Positions 39,546-51,724 are shown, counted from the first letter of the whole stretch. The stretch: 62,482 nucleotides of DNA, filler included, from Asterionella formosa (GCA_002256025.1; 4 parts of 4 records of this genome joined end to end with filler, not necessarily neighbours in it), one strand, 5' to 3'. Made by a program: numbers and translations. Notes: generated by a model not told the origin, from the letters alone.

Positions 39546-40760
39546 TCTGACAGCATCCTACTAAAAGCATCTGAGCACAATGAACATTTTCCAGACAAGG
39601 ATTGGACTGGAACTTCAATTCGGCGAAAGTTTGCACAACTACATAAAGTGAAAATACCAACTGGTGACCCAACATGTCCTGCTGAAGTCCGATATGCTAA
39701 GAAGGAAGTATTCCGAAAAGAGATGAAAGAGCAGATGCTGGTGGTGAAGTTGATTCTACAGACCTTGGGATAAAGGATGGCAACAATGTTAAGGATGAAT
39801 TCATGGTATTTGAGGACAGTCAAGACAATGCTGAAGCGGTTGAAACTTCGGATAGTACTCCTGCTTGTTCTGCTCCTGAAACAACTCCTGCTGATTCCGC
39901 TGGAGCAACTGTTGCAAGATCTGCTAGTGCAAGATTTCCTTGTTCTATGGTATCCCCTTGGCTAAGGGATAAAGCTATGTCAAACAGTCTCGACAAAATA
40001 TTGGCTCTAGTTTCAACACAATTGCTTCAAAAAGCGGACAAGAATGATAATATTCCAATGCAGATGCAAATGCAGCAACAGCAGCAACAGCAGCAACAGC
40101 AGCAACAGCAGCAACAGCAAATTCAACAGCAACAGAACATGATGAACATGATGATACTGTCAATCATGTCATCCATGTTAAACCATGGGACATCAAAAAC
40201 AACCACCTCAACTACCATTGTCGAACCCATTCAGGCCATGATGAATTCAATGATTGCTTTGAATGTGCTATCAATGCAGCAATCATTACAATCTCCAAGC
40301 ACAACAATGCCAAGTACAAATGCACAACCATCTTCATCTGCATCTATAGAATTTCAAACCCCAAATGATAATGATGATTACAACGAAAGCAGTAGTAGTG
40401 ATGATGAATAAGTTAAATGAAAATAGTAAATCTAAGTCTTTGAAACATTACTCTATGACTTAAAATGCCTGTCTGTTAGCACTTCTATGCAAAAAGGGCA
40501 TGTAAACCGAAGCAATTTGACTCTGACCGTATAGTAAAACAATCATTAGGAGTATTAGTTTCCTTTCGCCATTCTCTTCATAACGAAATTTATCTTTCAT
40601 CCTGGGAAACAACCCCTGAAGACACCTCATTCCCCATTCAGGCAACTGCCTGACTAAAGTTGCTTGACGATTTATGCCAAATCTTTGTCGAGGATTACCG
40701 TTTGCATCCACATTATTTTGATGAGATTTTAGCATTGCATTTGATTTCTTAGATGCAAAT
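39546..40760. mobile_element. PIF/Harbinger-like DNA transposon remnant: + strand accessory ORF with polyQ and a convergent - strand nuclease fragment
   Basis: The - strand fragment ATLVRQLPEWGMRCLQGLFPRMKDKF resembles the Harbinger DDE C-terminus. The + strand SIRRKFAQLHKVKIPTGDPTCPAEVRYAK resembles Myb/SANT-like partner proteins. Assignment is from recalled family motifs. Confidence 0.6.
40073..40135 (+). repeat. CAG/CAA polyglutamine tract
   Basis: CAGCAACAG repeats inside ORF 39803-40411. Confidence 0.9.
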
Positions 40761-41180
40761 GATATTTAACGGTTACAATCCTCAAAACGAGCATACTGTT
40801 GTTTTCTTCCTTCCCATCATCGCCACTTTCAGGGTTACGCATTCCATAATTAAACGCAAGTTGCCGTTGTTCTACTTTTCTATCATACATTGTACATATG
40901 TTGAGAATAGATTGTTCGAAGAAAAATGGGTCCTCATGCAAATGCATTAAGCTTGGGCGAGCCATAAGTGAAAATCAAAAAGTCGAAAAACGTTTTTTCA
41001 AATGTAGTTGCCAATCTTAATCTTCTTTCTATATATATATACATATATGTTATATACCCATGGATCTGTAGCTTAGAGCTAGTCACACAACAGGGCAATT
41101 GAGCCGGAGAAAATCGCAGGAGTCAAAATGGCCCAGGAGAAATTTGAAAACTCGATGCAAATATGTTCGGACAGAGGCAC
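40761..41180 (-). mobile_element. Truncated, diverged second copy of the mariner 5' end (TIR region plus transposase N-terminus)
   Basis: 40966-41180 aligns with 46193-46396. The peptide DPFFF..RQLAFNYGMRN parallels DPPFFL..RQLVLDYGLRN. Confidence 0.8.
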
Positions 41181-41299
41181 CTGAAAACTGAGAGTCAACG
41201 TTTAACAACTCCTTGTTCTGAATAAGAATATCGAAGTATCTAAAATGATAAAATTCAAAACCAGTACAAGATGTATTCTAGTCGATAGAAAGGGGATAG

Positions 41300-42600
41300 C
41301 TATGATTTAAGGTTCCTGCATTTGAACCCCTACTAGCCCGACGAGGTAGGGTTAAAAAATCATATTGAGTCAGACTGCCCGTAAATCCCATGCTCACGTC
41401 TCCTCAAATGTACACAGCCACGACTAGATTAACTTAGGATGGGGAGACAGGATGATGGCGATTTTGACATTGCCCACTTCCACTGCTCAAAACGTCATAC
41501 CCATTCTCATCTTCATAGCAGTTTAAAACATACAAATGTTGATAAGAAGTGATACTGTTCTTGGTTGAATCGGTTTCTATGATCAATTGATTTTCCAAAT
41601 TTTGGCGCACTTGTTGACCAGAAAATTAGCACAAGTGTCACATACTTTCTTCTAGAGTAACGTAGCATTATATAGCTGTTTCTACACCCATATTATCTTG
41701 CGTAGGTTCTACAAAGTTCTGCCTGTCTTGTCGGAATTTCCACAAGCCAATCAAATCATGCTATGATTTTTGTGCATCATGAAGAAAAAATTCCCTTCAC
41801 TCATGATATGGGTGCATTGTCAAGAACCCCAAGGCATGCAATGCATCCTTTTGCGGTGTCAATACAAACAACCAATTCTCAGTTAAAAATAGCTTGTTTC
41901 ACATATTTTCCTACATTCTATCATGTTACTGTTTTAGTCGTCCTCGTTGTAGTGATTGTGCAGCTACTGCAACAGTGTCAAATCTGTTCAGAGCATCGTC
42001 ATTTTGAATTGTGCATCCAAAAACTTCATGAAAATATGTGCCATTTGCTTCTCGAATTTTCGTTGTTAATATTTGTGTTATCAGAACAATTCTTTTAGGA
42101 TTGTATTTTCTATGTTGTGCATGATAGACTATACGGACCAAGTTGGAAAGTGTCAGTCTCAATTTTCATGTAGATATTCACTATTTTTGTCATGGTCAAG
42201 GCGTTGACAACATGTTACAAGATGCTCCAGCCAAACATAACAACTGCACTTCAGTGCTTTGTATGTACAAAAGAATTGCATTGCTACATCTAAATAAAAA
42301 TATACTTGCACTTACAAGGGATTCTTTGGTCATCCTGATCGTGATTGCAACCATACTGGTAAATACAAAAAATATCTTGCAATAGAAAAATAATATGTTT
42401 TCTTTTCTGCACACCATGTAAAGCATTTGGGTGTAGTACCAGATGTATAACAAGGAGACAAGAGCATAGGGGAAGTTGAGCTACAATCATCATCCTAAAA
42501 TTCAACAAAATTGGCCTTTTCAACTGTGGTCTCCAAAATGTTGGAATCATAATCACTACTTGCTGAAACATCATCATTGGAATGGTAGTCCTATGCCAAA
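41300..42600. repeat. Unclassified non-coding dispersed repeat family, with related pieces at 30190-30252, about 30690-30720, 51590-51724 and 53584-54300
   Basis: Long near-identical stretches, e.g. GTTCTTGGTTGAATCGGTTTCTA and CCAAGGCATGCAATGCATCCTTTTGC. Confidence 0.8.
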
Positions 42601-42722
42601 ATTTTTAGTCTTAAGATCTCCTGTACAAAAAGTTCCTCTATAAAAATAAGGGCCCACTGCATTCTTCATATAGCCACAGATTGGTTATACTTACATCCGT
42701 TCATTTGGCGCGGCTTGCGAGG

Positions 42723-43650
42723 TGTTTTGCTTCCTTCTCACTTTTTCCAAGTCCCTCATCTTAGCATGTAACGTTCTTGGAGGCTGTTCTTTATCGTACA
42801 TTATGAGGCAGTATGCCAAATTGAAGAAGTGACGAGTGTATCCTTCGACGACACCACGCATCTTTTCTGCTGTAAGTACTGCAATCGCGGACCCACTCTC
42901 CCCCTTGCGGCGATGCTGCCACCAAGTGCGAAGAGTAGTCAGACCCAACTAAATAGCATCATGATCCGCGTCAGAACCTAACCAAGGACTCAATATGGCA
43001 TCTGCACGTAAGGATGAGTCAATCCAGATCTAGGAAGAGGTTCATAAGAATACTCCCGCCGTTTGGAGCCGTCGGGGTTTCTGCCAATCTCTTGTCTCTC
43101 CTTGGGCTGATGGAGTCGTGAGTCGTCAACAATGGGATTTGTCAATGGATCCATGTCTGTTGCTGGTCTGGTTTCAAGTTCTTCAGGGTCCAAACCTCCC
43201 AAATGCGACAGGCGCGGAAGGCACCCTCAAAGATAGATGTTCTGTGTTCGAACTCTCCTCTGCGTCTTGACATGGTAAATTTGAATTGTGCTTAATCAGC
43301 CGACTCCTTAGGAAAACGTAACTTGTACGTAAATAATGTACCAGATCAAAACGTTCACTGCGACGAATTTACAGCGTGAGAAAGCGGTGCTTCCGGTAAT
43401 TCGTACCCTTTCTTCGGTTCCTTTTTCCCTGATGCGATTGGTAATCTGGTCACTTGGACTGCTTTTAGATTGAAACTGTCTTCGCTTTCAGTGATGAAGT
43501 GCGAGCAGTATAGTGTAGTGAGTGAGTGGCAACGATGAGAACAGGTATTTCTGTCGTACCAGCTGTTCCTTTGTTCGTTGCTGCAATTTCTCTGCAGTGG
43601 CGGCTCCCTTACATAAATGATCACATGCATGTAAAATAAGAAAACGGGTA
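42723..43650 (-). pseudogene. Inverted partial duplicate of 48321-49246 (upstream region plus about 180 codons of the HMA gene), frameshifted
   Basis: Near-identical reverse complement. ATG at 43273, with indels near 43208 and 42995. Confidence 0.92.
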
Positions 43651-44137
43651 CGGTAATCCCACTCAGGAACGTACCGGTAGTCGTAAAAAAATAAACTCCA
43701 AGTTAAACCCGTATTGGAAGCTAGCACTACTTGTTTACTCGTACTCCAGTTGTGTGCACAAAGGTAGCGACAATACCGGTACTGGTAGCAGCTACCATTG
43801 CTCGTATCGACTGGTACCTGGGACCAGGTACTCCCTCTGTCTAGTAACAGTTGCATCGATTCGCCGGCACCACCAGTGTCTTTACTGTTCGCATATGGAG
43901 GATTATGTAGCCAACATACCAAGTTTCTACGTGCTAAGGGTCGGCTTACTCAAAAAAATGCGTTTTTTATGAGTTACATAGACGTGAACATATACTCTGT
44001 TTTTGTAATTAAATATTTAGCATCTAAATAAGTTAATCGAAACCAATTTAACATATATTTATACATTGGGTACACATGTAGTAGATAGATATCAAGAAAT
44101 GCTAATGCATTGATTTTGCATCATCATTTTTGTCAAA

Positions 44138-44548
44138 ATGGATGTTGACTTTGCCAATGCGCCCATTCCTGATGGTCAGATCCTTGGCTTGATGGCCAGA
44201 AACAATGGCCACAGTTGCGCCCATCATCACTGTTGCGGATCAACAGTAAAGGTTGGCTCTTTGGTTTTCTTCTCTTTCTGTATTGTGTTGGACGAGATCC
44301 TCCAAGAACTCGAGGATGCTATCGAGGTGACCATGGACTGTGATCTCCATCCAGAAGGTCAAAGGTGCAGAGTTGGGTATCTTGCAAGGAGGATTGCGCA
44401 TAACAAAGTCGAGGCAGCGCAGCATAATAATTGTACTGCTGTAGTTATTGAACTACTACAAGATTCTAAGGAGCAAACAAAATGGAGAATAAATATGCGA
44501 TGTTATGGAGTTGCTCTTTTTACATTTCAAAATCCTACTGCTGTGTAG
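44138..44548 (+). CDS. Transposon cargo ORF, 136 aa, Cys/His-rich, putatively HIRAN-like
   Basis: Intact ATG-to-TAG ORF inside the TIRs, with NGHSCAHHHCCG, DAIEV and RCRVGYLARRIA. Fold is inferred. Confidence 0.6.
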   Translation: MDVDFANAPIPDGQILGLMARNNGHSCAHHHCCGSTVKVGSLVFFSFCIVLDEILQELEDAIEVTMDCDLHPEGQRCRVGYLARRIAHNKVEAAQHNNCTAVVIELLQDSKEQTKWRINMRCYGVALFTFQNPTAV

Positions 44549-44712
44549 TTAAATAAAATCCAACTATAGTTATCCAGCTTGTCAAAGAAACTATAAGTTC
44601 AATACATATAGAACCATTAACAATCAGTGCTAATATATATATATAAGGGGGGGAACGTCTTTTGATCCAATGCAGCCACGCAAAATGGCGCCGGAGACAA
44701 AAAAAACCTTAT

Positions 44713-46175
44713 CATTACACCCTACTTTTAAAAAAGATCATCCAGAAATGTGCTAGCCAACTCAATTGCTCCTTCCCCAGCAGCTGCTAGCCTATCAGGT
44801 AAAATTCCTGCCCGTTCCAGAGCCGCCTTCCCAAAGTGAGGTATATTGTAATTGTTGTCGCCATTAACCAAAATAATCTCTTCCAAGCAACCCTGTAATG
44901 TTAAGAAAGAACAATTTAATTGGGTTGGTTAAAAAAAACGAATGCTGCCTGCACTGCCTCTATCAAACCGTCGATGTCGTTGTGGGCTTCTTCCACAGAG
45001 TCCCATTGACCTGACTGTAATGCCCTAAAAAAAGATAGATCGTTGATATTCAAATCCGGACTTTTCGTTGGTTGCTTAGTCAATCGAATATCCCATTCTT
45101 CATTTGTTGCAGCTGCTACAAAGGGAGCAAAATCGGAACCAAAATGTGTTGAAGCATTGTCATGCTGTAGATATATTTGTTTGTTTCCATCAGGCCACTT
45201 CGCTTTTATCATAGGTAAAACATTATCAACAATCATGTCAGCATATGACTGTTTTGTCACTGGGAGTCACTTTGTTTCCATTGTCCCTGCTGGTCAATAA
45301 ATTGAACTTCTTTGTGCTGCTGCTACTTGGTGCACAAATGGCCAAATTCCAATTTTACCATCAAATGTACACACTTTTTCGTCATCAAAACGCGGATGTG
45401 TCACAGCAGAAAGGAACATGACCTTTTCGACATGCTCCTTATGTTTCATCCGCCTTGTGGGAGCCTCTTCTCCATGAGCCAGATATATTTTCAACTTTCC
45501 TTCTGAAACAAAGAACCACTTTTCATCTATATGGACCTGGTTGTAGAAGCCATCATAGTAACCAAACAGTCCCGGATCAAAAGCAACATCAGGGGAGGAA
45601 GGATGTTCTTGATCTGGATGGTTCAATTGTAAATGATTAACACAATACATAAAACGACTATCTTACCCTCCTCCGAAAGCATCGGCTTGACTGCACTTGC
45701 GTGCGGTCGTATTACATTCTCTCTGTTATCCTTTGCAATCCAAAATACTGTTGACTTGGGAAGGGCAAGAGCAGCTGCTAATTTACGATACGTAGTATGC
45801 TTGCGATATGGAATACCTCTAATCGCTGCAATTATTTCTTCACGTGGGTATTTGCGAGTATACCCAGTCAATAATTTGCGGGAAAGCGATGCAAACACGT
45901 AAGTATCATCATTATAATAGGATTCGAGCGCGCGGTTCCAAATACATTGTATAGTTGTTTTATCAACTTTGAACCGGCCTGCCAAAAATTTAACGGTTCC
46001 ACGCACTAAAATGAGCCGACCATGCATCTATTTCGTCCCCTCCATCAGGTCCTTTTTGGAGGTTCCGTAAACCATAATCCAACACGAGTTGACGCTCTTT
46101 TGGTGTTAGATCCTTTCTCATGTGCTTGTTGAGAAAAGGTGGTGGCAAGAAAAAAGGGGGGTCAGGCATCTGCAT
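44713..46175 (-). pseudogene. DD39D mariner transposase with multiple frameshifts
   Basis: VHIDEKWF (first D). QHD and SPDLNIND are separated by 39 residues by my count. Also KVMFLSAV, FDGKIGIWPF and GDNNYNIPH. Confidence 0.9.
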
Positions 46176-48696
46176 TTCGCTCGCGATGAGCAAAAGTGGA
46201 AGTCGAAAAAGCCGAAAAACATTTTTTTCAGATGTAGTTGCCAATTTTAATCTTTCTATATATAATATACTATACATGGATCGGTAGCTTAGAGCAAGCT
46301 GCACCATAGGGCTATTGAGCCGGAGAAAATCGTAGGAGTCAAAATGGCCCCGGATAAATTTGAATTATCGATGCAATTGTTACTAGACAGAGGGAGTAGC
46401 AGAGAAATATTACCACGTGCCCCAGGTAGCAAAGTCATTCAATAGTGAACAGGCACAGTATGGTGAAAATATGTATGACCAATACATACCAGTATGCATG
46501 TTGAACAACACATGGATTTATACCGGGCAGCCAACAGCTCCCTGGTAGGTACCAGGGAGCAGTAAAACCAACAGGGTATGAAATTAATTATATAGCACAC
46601 ACTAGTATATTTAGTAGAATGAACATTTGGTAAACGTTTTTCTTTGTGTCCGGCGATTATTGGATTCGTCGTGATTTGCAATGCAGCTGTATATATCCTG
46701 TTTCCACTTTCCTTTACTATCTGGTACCGGGTACCATAGACCATTGTATATATTAGAGTACTTAATATGGAGTCACCACGAGTACATATACTTTTGCACT
46801 ATATTACAGTAAATAGAGGAGGACCAAGTCTATTACTGGTAGGTATGTCTATTTATCATATAACCGAAATGAAGTGAATCAATCAATGTGTAGCTACATA
46901 TATTGAAAAATAGTGAGGGAAAAATGTAACTACAGAAGCATGAAATCATGCATCTGTGTAATAATAACCTAAATACATCCTAGCTGTGTATGACCACCAG
47001 TGTGATGATCAGCAGATATCAATTGATTGGCAATCTAATCTGTGGCACTGTTCTATCTGGAATATATACCTCACACATTTTGTCAATTTACAATGTGGCA
47101 GTGAAAAGAATGCAGCTCAAAGTAGGGTAGTAGTCATCATTTCCCACACAATGCTTTGCCAAGCAAGAATATTCCACCTTTTTTACTCTATCCTACATAG
47201 CCCTTGTAACATTTGTAGCCACCTTACAAACCTAGTTCCAACTTTGCATTCCTACCAAAGAACAAATAGTTTTTGGTGTAACAGAAAGACTGACAGAATT
47301 GCTTCCTCATCCCTCTTACCTCTTTGATGCACATCCTGCATCATTTCTGTTGGTTCATCAACTTGTTAATTGTTGAAAACTTCTTTCTGGACTCTCAATC
47401 ATCATTCTGGATACTTGTCACTCCTTCTACCACCAATAATACAAGTAGTCAGCCAGAAGTCAAAACTCCTTCAAGATGAGAGTTGATTGGCTGATATCGC
47501 ATCTCGATCTGCTGGGAGAACAACCCAAGGATATAGTTCCAAAAACAAACTGGCAGCTCAGACTTCCCTCCTTCACCTCCTGTTGGTGTTCCATCTCTCA
47601 CACCTTCCTCTCCTTACCTGCACCAGGTAAGAAGTACCTGTAGTCTACCGCTGCTGCATACCCAGTACCAGGTACCAATGGTACATGAATGAGGATGGGG
47701 TTTAATTTTTGTGCACTGTACCAGGTGGCGCCTGGTACCAGGTACCGTGTAATAGCTAATATGTACTCGTACAGTGTATATTCCAACGAGGATCGTGCGT
47801 ACAGTTATGGTTTAATTAAACCAAAAAATTAAACCCGCAGTGAAACCGGGTTTAATTTTTCCATACCTACACATTCTGTTGCAACACGGTCCTTTCACTT
47901 GTATTTTCAGATCAATACCGTGCCAGTATCAAAACGACCAAGTAGACACATATCAGAGGCCTACAGGAAAATACAACTTGGGTTTAATTTTACCAATTAC
48001 GGTATGGTATTTGGAATATAGAATGACAGTATACTGGTATACTGATACTGCGTCTGGAGCAGTATCAGTATCCAATAGTGCAGTATATTTCTTAGTGCTT
48101 TGCAGTATACTTTCACCGACCAGTCGCTCAAATGCAGGAACTTTGTATGTACCGCAGTCATGACTCCTAAATATAGGAGGGCCGTGCACACAGTGCAGCT
48201 TTTCATGCAGACGAGCGTGACAAGGAGATGAAACGCTGAGGGGTGGATACATTATACTTCATTCTATGTACTTTTATCACCGCAGATTTCTACTGGAAGC
48301 AACGGGTAGTCTACTTGGGGTACCATTTTCTTATTTTACATGCGTATGATCATTTATGTAAGGGCGCCGCCACTGCAGAGAAATTGCAGCAACGAACAAA
48401 GGAACAGCTGGTACGACGGAAATACCTGTTCTCGTCGTTGCCACTCACTCACTACACTATACTGCTCGCACTTCATCACTGAAAGCGAAGACAGTTTCAA
48501 TCTAAAAGCAGTCCAAGTGACCAGATTACCAATCGCATCAGGGAAAAAGGAACCGAAGAAAGGGTACGAATTACCGGAAGCACCGCTTTCTCACGCTGTA
48601 AATTCGTCGCAGTGAACGTTTTGATCTGGTACATTATTTACGTACAAGTTACGTTTTCCTAAGGAGTCGGCTGATTAAGCACAATTCAAATTTACC

Positions 48697-50753
48697 ATGT
48701 CAAGACGCAGAGGAGAGTTCGAACACAGAACATCTATCTTTGAGGGTGCCTTCCGTGCCTGGTCGCATTTGGGAGGTTTGGACCCTGAAGAGCTTGAAAC
48801 CAGACCAGCAACAGACATGGATCCATTGACAAATCCCATTGTTGACGACTCACGACTCCATCAGCCCAAGGAGAGACAAGAGATTGGCAGAAACCCCGAC
48901 GGCTCCAAACGGCGGGAGTATCCTTATGAACCTCTTCCTAGATCTGGATTGACTCATCCTTACGTGCAGGCCATATTGAGTCCTTGGTTAGGATCTGACG
49001 CGGATCATGATGCTATTCAGTTGGGTCTGACTACTCTTCGCACTTGGTGGCAGCATCGCCGCAAGGGGGAGAGTGGGTCCGCGATTGCAGCACTTACAGC
49101 AGAAAAGATGCGTGGTGTCGTCGAAGGATACACTCGTCACTTCTTCAATTTGGCACACTGCCTCATAATGAACGATAAAGAACAGCCTCCAAGAACGTTA
49201 CATACGAAGATGAGGGACTTGGAGAAGGTGAGAAGCAAGCGAAACAAGAAACGTGTTCGCGAAGAGGAAGCTGAAAGAATGGCAGCAATGTCACTTAATG
49301 GAGGCATGTCTAATCATGGTGGATTCAATCCGGATGATTCAGCAGCCACTGGCATGTCTTCAATTAAAGGGAATGACCTTGATGACGACCACGTTTCACC
49401 ACTGGAGCGCCTACATGCTGCTCAACGTCGTCAATTACGGGATAATGGAGGGATTTACGATGATTTGGTTTTGCCGCAAGATATCAATGTTCTTCCCTTG
49501 ATTCCCATGAAGGGCCAGTGTGTCCCGGGCAAGCTAGACCTCCCTGGTGTCGTTAGATCTGTGAACTTCCATTCTAGCCAATTGGCCCATCGTGGCATGT
49601 CCAACGGTCCTAACGGCTCTGGCAATGAATATGGCGATGCAAACAGTACTCCTGTTGTCTTTGTTAGTCACAATGGGGATATTCAGATTGCCATGTCGGT
49701 CGATGGTATTACTTGTGCTCATTGTGTCAAGATTGTAGAGACAGTCCTCAAGGGCTGCCACGGAAACAAGTCTCCTATTGACGGTCTACTGGACGCCGCT
49801 GCTGACCGCGTACTCAGTAAGATTTTGATGAAGATCGATAGGAGCAGCAATGCCAAGCGAATTGCTTTTGAAGCTGCGAGAAACCTATCCATGGTCGGCT
49901 ACACCGCCACGCCGATGGAAATGAGCATCATCAGCTCGGATGGAGACAAGAAGGCTACCATGGACCTCGGAGCTCTTAGCACTGCCTTTGAGGTTGTTGC
50001 CAACACTGATGTAAAGGATGTCTTCGATTGGAACATTGAATGTACATGTCCTGATCTTGGTATTCTCCGAGACGATTGCGCACGGTAAGTCCCAATACAC
50101 TTGTTGATTGAATTTTTTTTCTGTACAGTAGATGTTTTCGCTCACTTCTGTCCTTTCGCCCTATCAGTCACTCTCAAATGAATACCAACATCTTCGGAGC
50201 ATTCCAAACCCGCGAGAAACAAGTTCAAACCTTTATGGCAGGATGTGGCTCGAAGTACGGAATGGCATGCACTTGTGGACCAAATTGCAAGTGTGCAGAT
50301 TGCTCAGAGCATTGCAAGACTGTCCAATCCGTTGGTTTTAACCTTGCTATGGACTCCATTGCTCATTCCATGGCGTTTGGGGATAATGCGGGTCAGCAGC
50401 ATTTCGGAATGATGGCTCCAGTTCCTGAGAGGGAACAAGTGTCGCGCAACCCGTCCATCATTTCCTTTGGCAACATGAGGCATATGTCAATAACTTCGGA
50501 AACTACGTTTGGACGAGCCATGTCGGGGTTGTCAGCATTAGCGATTGACTGGGAAAATATGGAGGATTTTGATATCAATGTTGATCACAGCGCTCATATC
50601 AACAATGGGAATAATCAGCAATCTTCTACGATGGACATTTCCCCAGTTTACACGGCTGGCGGAAGGCGGTCAAGTCTGCGGAGGAGTATCACGACCCAAG
50701 GTGGATCGTCATCAGACGATAATCAACAGCTTCAAGTATCATTCAAGGTGTAA
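48697..50753 (+). CDS. Heavy-metal-associated (HMA) domain protein with a metallothionein-like Cys-rich segment; intron 50085-50167
   Basis: MSVDGITCAHCVKIVETVL (HMA CxxC), CTCPD...DDCARH and GCGSKYGMACTCGPNCKCADCSEHC. No transmembrane segments. Confidence 0.85.
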
Positions 50754-51119
50754 GCATATTTGTATATTGGGACGCCTGCCCATTGAATATTGAATTGATT
50801 TTCTTCCCTGATCTGCCCCTTTCATTTTATTGGGCAATAGATCTTGCATGATCAACAGAGTGCAATGGTAGCCTAAAGTAGCCTATTTCGATAGAACGGC
50901 CTGGAATTCATTAGTAGGCTGCCCAGTGGTATTCATTGTCTGCGCAGGCGACAATATTGATTGCCTTTAGTGTGCACACTAGCAAAATAATCATGTTGAC
51001 GACGAAAAGGCCGCCCTTGGGAATGAACAATGAATCATAATGCGAGATCGGCAACGCATACATACATAGCTACCGGTACATACCTGGTAGACCAGGTAAA
51101 GGTTTGCAATCATGCATAC

Positions 51120-51326
51120 CGACTAGATTACTGTTACCTGGTAGCTGTTCCTGGTACCCTAGCACCAGAAAGTTTCAGCTCAATTACAGCATACATAGCA
51201 ACTTGCACAGGTACATATATAGCGACTAGATTAGTCAACTGTTACCTGGTAGCGGTACCTGGTACCCTAGCACCAGAAAGTTTCAGCTCAATTACAGCAT
51301 ACATAGCAACTTGCACAGGTACATAT
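51120..51326. repeat. Tandem duplication of an approximately 105-110 bp unit (2 copies)
   Basis: CTGTTACCTGGTAGC...GCAACTTGCACAGGTACATAT occurs twice. Confidence 0.85.
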
Positions 51327-51453
51327 GATATCCCTCTGTACCAGGTACCGTACCAGCACTGTACGAGGTAGCTGGTACCAGGGTATGTAGCATAATCTTT
51401 TCCACATGTATTCATAGTATTTTGATAAGAATAACTCTCTCACAATTAATTAT

Positions 51454-51526
51454 GGGGGATTAGCTCAGTTGGCAGAGCGCGTGCTTAGCATGCACGAGGT
51501 CGCCGGTTCGATTCCGGCATTCTCCA
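51454..51526 (+). tRNA. tRNA-Ala (anticodon AGC)
   Basis: 73-nt cloverleaf with acceptor stem GGGGGAT/ATTCTCC (G3:U70), D-arm AGCTCAGTTGGCAGAGC, anticodon arm GTGC-TTAGCAT-GCAC and T-loop GTTCGATTC. Confidence 0.97.
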
Positions 51527-51724
51527 CAGGTAACCTAACCTATCGATTTTTTGCTTGGTACAGAAAGGAAGTTCTTGATTTACCGAAAATTTAGAGCTCC
51601 TGTCTCCTAAAATGTACACGGGCACGACTAGATTACTCATGGCACTTTTGGCATTGACCACTTCCGATGATGCCATTGTCTTCTCCGAACATAAAGTTTA
51701 AACCATACAAATATTCATAAGAAG

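Larger units (their letters stand above)
43831..46396 (-). mobile_element. Full-length Tc1/mariner element, DD39D (plant-mariner/Stowaway-type), with 30-bp TIRs and TA TSD
   Basis: Left end TA|CTCCCTCTGTCTAGTAACAGTTGCATCGAT and right end ATCGATGCAATTGTTACTAGACAGAGGGAG|TA match at 29 of 30 bases. Confidence 0.93.

Noticed and set aside
48340..48615. 91-aa ORF apparently conserved with 43355-43630
   Set aside because: The similarity is explained by the recent inverted duplication and is not evidence of coding selection.
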